Of a stretch of DNA of 16,844 nucleotides, positions 9,370 to 16,844 are shown one piece after another. How positions within the stretch are numbered: the stretch's first letter is position 1; each line of letters opens with the position of its first letter. The notes below the pieces were generated by a model. The model was not told the origin of the DNA. It saw nothing but the letters and a program-made list of their open reading frames with translations, and ran no database searches. Location of the stretch: NCBI RefSeq assembly GCF_002803295.2, contig NZ_PGGB02000016.1, positions 1 to 16,844 on the forward strand. The letters are read 5' to 3'. Source of the DNA: Caedibacter taeniospiralis (GTDB taxonomy: Bacteria > Pseudomonadota > Gammaproteobacteria > Francisellales > Francisellaceae). The position numbers and the translations under genes are program-made.

Positions 9370-11451
9370 TCAGTGAGTGACGGCAGCATGGCTTGTTTCA
9401 CTAAGCGCCTGCTCAATGATTGCTAATGCTTGAGATAGCTCAGCGTCGCTAATATTCAGCGGACTCAGTAAACGTAGCACGTGTTTATGACTACCTGAGC
9501 TAAGTAGAATAAGACCATGGTTTAGGGCTTTACTGATAAAGCTTTTGAGTAGATCAGGATTAGGATTTTGATCACGGTCAACAAACTCAACACCGAGCAT
9601 CGCACCCAGACCACGAATTTCGCCAATGAATGAATGATTCAATTTCTGTTTGGTGAAAAAATCCCTGAATGTTTGCCCAAGTTTAAGCGCTTTGTCTGCG
9701 AGTTTCTCCTCTGCGAAAACTTCAAGTGATGCAATAGCTGCAGCACAGGTAACTGGGTTGCCTGAGTTTGTTCCTCCCAAAGAAGCAGGTGGCATGCCAT
9801 TAAACAAAGACTTTTTGACAGTCAAAGCGCTCAGTGGTAAACCAGATGCCAGAGATTTACCCATCACCAGAATGTCAGGCGCACAATGATAATACTCCAT
9901 CGCAAAAAGTTTTCCTGTGCGGCAAAAGCCACTTTGAATTTCATCGGCAATGAGCACAATACCATGTTGATCGCATAAGGTGCGTAATTATTGCATCGCT
10001 TCAATACTGGCAGGGATAAAACCGCCTTCACCAAGCTCAGGTTCAATGATAATAGCCGCAATATCACTAAATGAAACCTGGTTGATATTTAACGCCTCTA
10101 AAGCATGTTTAAAGCTTTCCAAATCACAACCTGCGTCAGGGTAAGCCAAGCGATAGATGTTATTAAACAGCTCACCAAAGCCTGCCTTATAAGGTTTAAC
10201 TTTAGCAGTCAGCGTCATGCTCATAAAAGTGCGCCCATGAAAAGCCCCATCAAAGCACACGACTGCAGAGCGTTTTGTTGCAAAGCGTGCCACTTTAATG
10301 GCATTTTCAACGGCTTCAGTGCCACTGTTGCATAGCATCGTTTGTTTTTCAAAATCACCAGGTGTCAGTTGATTAAGTTTCTCTGCAAGCCTTAAGTAAG
10401 GTTCATGAATCATGACATGAAAGCACGGCTGGATATAGCGTTTCGCTTGTTCAATAATGGCATGGACCACTTTAGGATGGTTGTGACCAATATTCATGGC
10501 TCCAATGCCAGCTGCGAAGTCAATATAAGTTTTACCACTGATATCTGTTAGTGTGGCGCCACGTGCCTTATCGACGCAAATCCTAGTGTTGTTAGCAAGT
10601 CCGGGAGGCACTTCAGTTTCGCGCAAATGCCATAAAGAATTACTGTCCATCACGTTGACATTGGTGCTTTCAAAGATTTTATCAGCAGAAGCCGCGACAA
10701 ACCCTTGATAAAGTTTACCTGTGTGATCAGGGTAGCGCTTGGCAAATTCATAATAGCAGCAAGGAATTTCTTTGGAGCCTTCAACAAATTCAACTTTGAT
10801 CGTGCCTGACTTGGTGCTGGATTGCTCCAGTAGTTCTTTTGCCGTGCCTTTAATTTCACCGCCGGAGCTGTTTAAGGCAAAGCCATGTTGCTTTAAAAAA
10901 GTATTGACTTCATGCACCTCACTGAATTGGTCAAGTGCATTAATAAACACAGTGAAGTGATTGGCGCGATAGCCAAAGACGTAAAACCATGCGGCATACT
11001 CAGACTCTGCTAACAGCTTCTGATACACGTCGTAACCTGGTTTACCCCAGCAATTACCAGAGATGAGAAGTTTTTCGGGATTATGAAGCAGTGATTGTGG
11101 GATCTGATCAATGCAGGCTTTAATAGTTTTTTGCGCAAAGGGGCTTAGCTTTTCTAGTAGCAGTTGACTAATAAAAACCTTGGGTTCCATGGGGTCATTC
11201 TGCTCATAGTGCTTAGCGAATAACTTTTTCGCTTCAAAGTGATACTGTCCTTTTTCAAGGTAGCCTTCGGCAATAAAGGGTCTGGCCAGGACATCAACGC
11301 TGATGCGAGGATCATTAATCGTGCGAAGGGCGATGTGATCGTTAATAACCGTGGCATTGTGGTCGCAAAAAAGATCATAAATCTTCTGCACATGTCGGTT
11401 AGCCGTAACATATTGCTGCCATAGCTGGTCTAAAACTGCGATTTGCGTCAT
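9370..11451 (-). pseudogene. DUF1338 (HglS-like 2-oxoadipate dioxygenase/decarboxylase) fused to a class III (GabT-like) aminotransferase, interrupted by an in-frame TAA
   Basis: The N-terminal ~260 aa (MTQIAVLDQLWQQYVTANRHVQKIYDLFCDHN...) is DUF1338-like. The aminotransferase follows: GTEAVENAIKVARFATKR...FHGRTFMSMTLTAK...IIIEPELGEGGFIPASIEAMQ*LRTLCDQHGIVLIADEIQSGFCRTGKLFAMEYYHCAPDILVMGKSLASG. The TAA at 9988-9990 is in frame with both flanking segments. Confidence 0.82.
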
Positions 11452-11453
11452 CT

Positions 11454-12944
11454 TTACTCTCCTAATGAAAATTTGATTCCTTGTGCAAGGGGTAAGTCCT
11501 TGCTCCAATTCATGGTAACGGTTTGGCGACGCATGTAAGCCTTCCAGGCGTCGGAGCCAGCTTCCCGACCACCACCTGTGTGCTTCTCGCCACCAAAGGC
11601 ACCACCGATTTCAGCACCTGAAGTGCCAATATTCACGTTGGCAATGCCACAATCACTGCCAGCGTAAGATAAAAATTTCTCAGAATGATCAATGCGTTGG
11701 GTAAAAATTGCTGATGACAACCCGTGATCAACCTGGTTATTAATGGTAATGGCATGCTCAATGTCTTCAAAGGGCATCACAAATAAAATGGGGCAGAAGT
11801 TTTCCTGGTTGACAATATCCCAATCAGGTTTTACTTCAATTAAAGTCGGTTCAACATAATTACCTGGTCTATTAATGACATTGCCACCAAACAGGACTTT
11901 GCCGCCTAGTGTCTTAGCGCGAGAGATAGCCTTTTTGTAAACTTCCACAAGACCTTGATCAATCAAAGGCCCCATCAGGTTTTTAGTATCTAAAGGATCA
12001 CCGACAGTAATTTGCTTATACGCATTTTGTAAACGTTTGATAACATCCTGATATATGTTTTTATGGACAAGCAGGCGACGCAAGGAAGTACAGCGCTGTC
12101 CCGCGGTACCAACGGCACCAAAAACCACAGCAGGAATCGCCAGCTTTAAATCAGCAGAGTCATCAATAATTGCTGCATTATTGCCACCTAACTCTAAAAG
12201 CGATTTACCAAAACGCTCGGCAACACGCGCACCAACCTCGCGACCAACTGCCGTTGAACCTGTGAAGGATAATAATGCCACGCGCTTATCAGCAACAAGT
12301 GCCTTAGAAACCTCAACACTTTTGGAAACAACAGAAGTGAAAACCAAAGGAAAGTTGTGCTCTTTAGCCACGCGATCACAAATCTCCTGAATGGCTAGTG
12401 CGCAAAGTGGCGTCTTGGGCGATGGGTTCCAAACGACTGTGTTGCCACAAATTGCCGCAATGAACGCATTCCATGACCAAACGGCAACAGGGAAATTATA
12501 AGCGGAGATGACACCAACGACGCCAAGTGGATGCCATTGCTCAAACATCCGATGATCTGGGCGTTCAGAGTGCATCGTTTTGCCGTAAAGCATGCGCGCC
12601 TGACCCACCGCAAAATCTGCCATGTCGATCATCTCCTGCACTTCGCCATCGCCTTCCTGTTTTGATTTGCCCATTTCTAATGAAACAAGGCTGCCTAGCT
12701 GGTCTTTGTTTTTTCTCAACTCTTCACCAATAAGTCGCACAAGCTCAGCACGTTTAGGGGCGGGGATTTTGCGCCATTCATAAAATGCCTGTTGTGCTTC
12801 AGTAATTGTTTGCTCAAGGTGAGAGACTCCAAGGCTTGGTACCTTTGCCAGAAGCGTATTATTGGAGGGATTAAAACTCTCAATATATTCGCCTGTATTA
12901 TGTTTGGCGGCGTATTGTGTCAGCTTTTCGGTGTAGTGTGTCAT
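11454..12944 (-). CDS. amaB: Aldehyde dehydrogenase, ALDH7/AmaB type (L-aminoadipate-semialdehyde/piperideine-6-carboxylate dehydrogenase)
   Basis: [99 protein letters not shown] and [30 protein letters not shown] are ALDH7-typical. The track starts at 12971; internal Met codons 12953 or 12944 are also plausible. Confidence 0.85.
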   Translation of the reverse strand: MTHYTEKLTQYAAKHNTGEYIESFNPSNNTLLAKVPSLGVSHLEQTITEAQQAFYEWRKIPAPKRAELVRLIGEELRKNKDQLGSLVSLEMGKSKQEGDGEVQEMIDMADFAVGQARMLYGKTMHSERPDHRMFEQWHPLGVVGVISAYNFPVAVWSWNAFIAAICGNTVVWNPSPKTPLCALAIQEICDRVAKEHNFPLVFTSVVSKSVEVSKALVADKRVALLSFTGSTAVGREVGARVAERFGKSLLELGGNNAAIIDDSADLKLAIPAVVFGAVGTAGQRCTSLRRLLVHKNIYQDVIKRLQNAYKQITVGDPLDTKNLMGPLIDQGLVEVYKKAISRAKTLGGKVLFGGNVINRPGNYVEPTLIEVKPDWDIVNQENFCPILFVMPFEDIEHAITINNQVDHGLSSAIFTQRIDHSEKFLSYAGSDCGIANVNIGTSGAEIGGAFGGEKHTGGGREAGSDAWKAYMRRQTVTMNWSKDLPLAQGIKFSLGE

Positions 12945-13325
12945 ACAAGTCATCGCACTTTTCTCCGTCAATTTTTAGATATATTCAGTTTTGTTGCGCC
13001 TGGTTGTGGCAACTTGCTTTGGGTCATTCATAAAACCATCCAGGAAGTTATAACGATAATATTGACCAAAACGATTGTCCATCATTTGCTGTAAAGAAAT
13101 GTTCTCTTGCTTAGCAAAGCCTGCCTTGAAATGTTTTTCCTTCAGTGGGACTAGTGTTAAGGTCCGTGCGCTGAGCCGCCACTTGACAGATTTACAAAGT
13201 GCCGAAAAATAAAATATTTGCACTTTTTGTGGTTTTTGACTGTTCAGGCATTCCAAAATGAGTCTCACCTTGTATAATACACCTCATTTTACTACCGACA
13301 CTAGTTCTTATAAGAACTTTAAACC

Positions 13326-16325
13326 ATGGATGAATCTCCAATTTTATCTGCTAAAGAAATTGTCTTTTGTATGACAAAGAAAAGTCCGTTAAACCAAATT
13401 GCATGCGCAATTATGCTAGGGTATTTTAAGATACACCTTAGATTCCCATTGTCTGATGAAGTTTTTTTACTTCTCAAGTTGTCTTCAAAAGTTGCAACTG
13501 AATTAGAGCTAGAACAACAGAATATTTTTGAGTTTGATTGGAGTAGTCGTACTGTAGAAAGATATCGCAACAATATTAGACAGCTGCTAGGCTATAGGGA
13601 AGCTACAAATGAGGACGCTTCACCATACATTAATTATTTGCAAAATGAGGTATTACCAAAATTCCCTTCCAAAGAGATTATATTAGCGCAGTCACGTTTA
13701 TATTTTAAAAGGCATAAAATTGAGCAATTCTCCGTAAAACAAATAAACCGTTATATAACTTCAGCACAGCAACAATTTGAGCAATCCTTCTTTCAAAGTA
13801 TTTTTGATAACTTAACTCCAGACGATTGTTATTTGATTGATCAAATTCTCACAACCAGTACTGAGAAAATTGAGAAGGTAAAGGGTGATGATATTATTGC
13901 CTTGGTTGATCTTAAAAAGGATATTCCTGGTGCACGGTTAAAAAATGTCAATTTAGCCATAAAAAAGATTGAGCAACTCATTAAAATAAAGCTCTCCAAA
14001 GATCTATATATCAATAAAAATCGCAAGCTTTTAATAAAGTATTATGATCGAATTATGGCTTTGGCTCCAAGCAATATACTTGAGTTTAGTACCATTGCAA
14101 AATATGCAACTATGGCGATATTTTGCCACATCAGACTACAATATATGCTCGATGATTTAACAGACACTTTTACTAAGTTAATTCATAGCATGCGAACCAA
14201 TGCTGAAAAAAGTGTGCGTGATTATGTACTTGGAGAAGTGGAACGTGTTGGCGGAAAGTTTAATATTCTAAAACAGATTGCCATGATAGCAGTGAATCAC
14301 CCTAAAGGGGTGATTGAAGATAAAATATACCCAGAAGTCTCAAAAGAGAAGTTGATAGAAATTATTGAGGATTTAGAAAAGCGAGGATCATGGTTTAATG
14401 AGCAAGTTCAAGACAAAATTAAATCAACGTATTCGCATGGTAATCGTACCGTTTTACTGGCAATTTTAAGGGCTTTATCATTTAGAGAAGAACATCTTGA
14501 CTACAAGCCAATTATTAAGGCTATTGAGTTTATTAATAAACATTGGGATTCGTCGGATACTGAAAGCTATCTAACTATGCCGCCTATTGAAAATATCATA
14601 CCAGAAATTTGGCAAGCGGCTTTGTTATCAGATGGCAAACAAAATAGTATGAATAAGTACAAATATGAGGTTATCGTCTTGGAGCAGCTTAAAGCTTTTT
14701 TAGGATATAAGGCTATTTGGATTGAAAATAGTTACCGTTACCGCAATCCAAAAGATGATCTGCCTTTGGATTTTAAAGAAAACAAGCAAAAATATCTCGA
14801 AATGCTAAATTTGCCTAATCAAGGCAATTCATTTACAAAGCAATTGAAAAAACTGCTGTCAGATAGTTTATCGAGTTTAAATACCAATATTGTGAATAAT
14901 GATAAAGTAACCATTAAATCAAGTAAGGTGAATAAAAACTTCTCCGTCAGTCCTTCAGATGCTCAAAAAGAACCACAAAATATTGTAGAGCTGCAGAAAG
15001 AAATTATTAAACGGTGGTCAAGCATTAATTTAATCGATATTTTGAAAGAGTGTGATTTATTAATCAACTTTACTCAAGAAATGGATACGATTGGTAAAAA
15101 CAGCAATATTAATGCCACTGATCTAAGAAAAAGACTTTTACTTTGCTTATATGGCATAGGTAGTAACACGGGGCTAAAAAGAATTAGTATTGCCAATGGT
15201 GATGTTAGCTATAGTGATTTGCGTTATGTAAAGAGCAGGTTTATCAATAAAATCAATGTCAGAAATGCCATTCGTGCCGTGGTGGATAAGGTGCTAGAGA
15301 TTCGAGACCCAGAAGTTTGGGGAGTTGCGACTACCTCTGTTGCCTGTGACTCAACTCAAATCAGTGCCTGGGATCAGAATTTAATGAATGAATGGCATCA
15401 TCGTTATAAAGGCAAAGGTGTGATGATTTACTGGCATGTTGATAAAAAAGCCCTCTGTATTTACTCACAACTAAAAACATGTTCTTCCTCTGAAGTGGGG
15501 TCAATGATTAAGGGCGTCATAGATCATGATACTAAAATGAACATGGATCGTGTTTTTGTAGACACTCATGGTCAGAGTGTTCTTGGGTTTGCCGTTGGGT
15601 ACATGCTTGATTTTGACTTGTTGCCAAGGTTTAAAGCTATCAATAAACAAAAGATATGTGGCGTCACTTCATCAGATAAACAAAAGTATGAAAATATATC
15701 ACTGATAATGAAAGGTACAATCAACTGGAAAATAATAGAGGAAAACTATGAAGAGGTTGTTAAACACATCATAGCCTTGAAATTAGGTATCATAGAGCCA
15801 TCTGTTTTAGTTAAGCGCTTTAGTAAAGATAACTTTAACCACCCTGTCTACAAGGCGTTGATGGAAATAGGCAAAGCTAATAAAAGTATATTCCTGTGTA
15901 AATATCTTCAAGATGAGAATCTGAGAATTGAAATTAATGAAGGTTTAAATGTTGTTGAACGCTTAAACCATGTCATGGATTTTATTTTTTATGGGAAGCT
16001 AGGAGAGCTAAAGACTAATCAGACAGATGATCAGGAACTGTCAGTGCTCTGCTTACATTTATTACAAGCTTGCATGGTGTATATCAACACTTTAATTATT
16101 CAGCAGGTATTATCAGAGCCTCATTGGAATGGAAGACTTACACCAGAAGATTACCGTGCACTTACTCCATTACTCTCAACGCATATTAATCCTTATGGCC
16201 TATTCCCGATTGATTTTAATGAGCGTTTAGCAATTTATACCAACTTACTCAAAGAGGCAGAAAATGACTACCATTCAACGAACACCTGTGAGAGAGAAAG
16301 CAAAACAGCTCTCGAAACAGCTTAA
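13326..16325 (+). mobile_element. tnpA: Tn3-family transposase (TnpA), apparently full length, 999 aa
   Basis: N-terminal DUF4158-like region. The catalytic region reads SVACDSTQISAWDQNLMNEWHHRYKGKGVMIYWHVDKKALCIYSQLKTCSSSEVGSMIKGVIDHDTKMNMDRVFVDTHGQSVLGFAVGYMLDFDLLPRFKAINKQKI. The C-terminus has NGRLTPEDYRALTPLLSTHINPYGLF. Confidence 0.93.
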
Positions 16326-16844
16326 GCAAGAAAATCCAGATTATAATTACTTGAGGGAGCTCTTTAGGCATATACGCAAAGAACTTCATGTTGAAGTTGA
16401 TAAAGGGACGACAAACAAGCTGCCTTACGTGCCCACTGAAGAGGAGATCAGTCAATACTATAAAGTTGTGTGGCAATCAAGAAATATGAAGTATGTTGTA
16501 ATCGTTAAAACACTGCTTTATACAGGAGTAAGAGTATCTGAACTCATTAATATTAAGCTAAACGATATTGATTTGGACAGCTGCCAAATTCGTATTAATA
16601 AAGGCAAAGGCGATAAAGACAGAATAGTTCCTTTTCCAAAATCATTTATGGAAGTATTGGCTGTATGCATAAATGTTGTGGAAAGAAAATCAACTCCATC
16701 TATTGTACTGAGCTGAAAAGCTCCCATTCAGATCGTATCTGTAAAATTAGAAAAAGACTTGAATGAAGGGGCTTGAGTATCCATTTCACCTCTTGGTTAA
16801 ACTCCAGATATTTCCTTCTGACCCACTTGGATGGCATTAGTGTT
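16264..16844 (+). pseudogene. Tyrosine recombinase/integrase, decayed and running off the window
   Basis: 16264-16716 reads ...KLPYVPTEEEISQYYKVVWQSRNMKYVVIVKTLLYTGVRVSELINIKLNDIDLDSCQIRINKGKGDKDRIVPFPKSFMEVLAVCINVVERKSTPSIVLS*, with the first catalytic Arg (TGVRVSEL). Shifted frames downstream give SDRICKIRKRLE* and SRYFLLTHLDGI, resembling SDRGIRKIL and LRHFLLTWL remnants. Confidence 0.72.

Noticed and set aside
9650-9889. Plus-strand ORFs inside the aminotransferase/ALDH genes (9650..9889, 10105..10335, 10772..10960, 11239..11424, 12055..12390, 12527..12733)
   Set aside because: They are antisense to long frames with clear family motifs. None shows recognisable protein sequence.
13326-16844. 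Novel defence or phage-like system at the right edge
   Set aside because: The content is explained by a Tn3-family transposase and a decaying tyrosine recombinase. No additional cargo genes are visible.

Overview
The window holds a complete rRNA operon of a probable gammaproteobacterium: 16S, tRNA-Ile(GAU), tRNA-Ala(UGC), 23S, 5S and a terminator. Downstream are a DedA-family gene, a PilZ-domain gene and radA. On the minus strand is a lysine-catabolism-like pair: an ALDH7/AmaB-type dehydrogenase, and a DUF1338 (HglS-like)/class III aminotransferase fusion broken by one in-frame TAA. At the right edge are an intact Tn3-family transposase and a decayed tyrosine recombinase. The most striking feature is the rRNA operon itself. 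A family of palindromic elements with arms made of 7-bp CTAGAAA/CTAGAGA repeats occupies the 16S V1 region, both sides of the tRNAs, and 23S helices ~9, 25, 45 and 98. The helix 45 copy encloses an intact S23 four-helix-bundle (IVP) ORF. A second type of insertion has perfect 15-16 bp inverted repeats and no CTAG heptads. It occurs near the tip of 23S helix 68, where it carries a small GIY-YIG endonuclease-like ORF with an apparent frameshift near the N-terminus, and near helix 63, where it has no ORF. The 23S gene is about 4.07 kb. The mature rRNAs may be heavily fragmented or carry large extensions. Helix numbers were assigned by recalled E. coli sequence comparison and should be verified.
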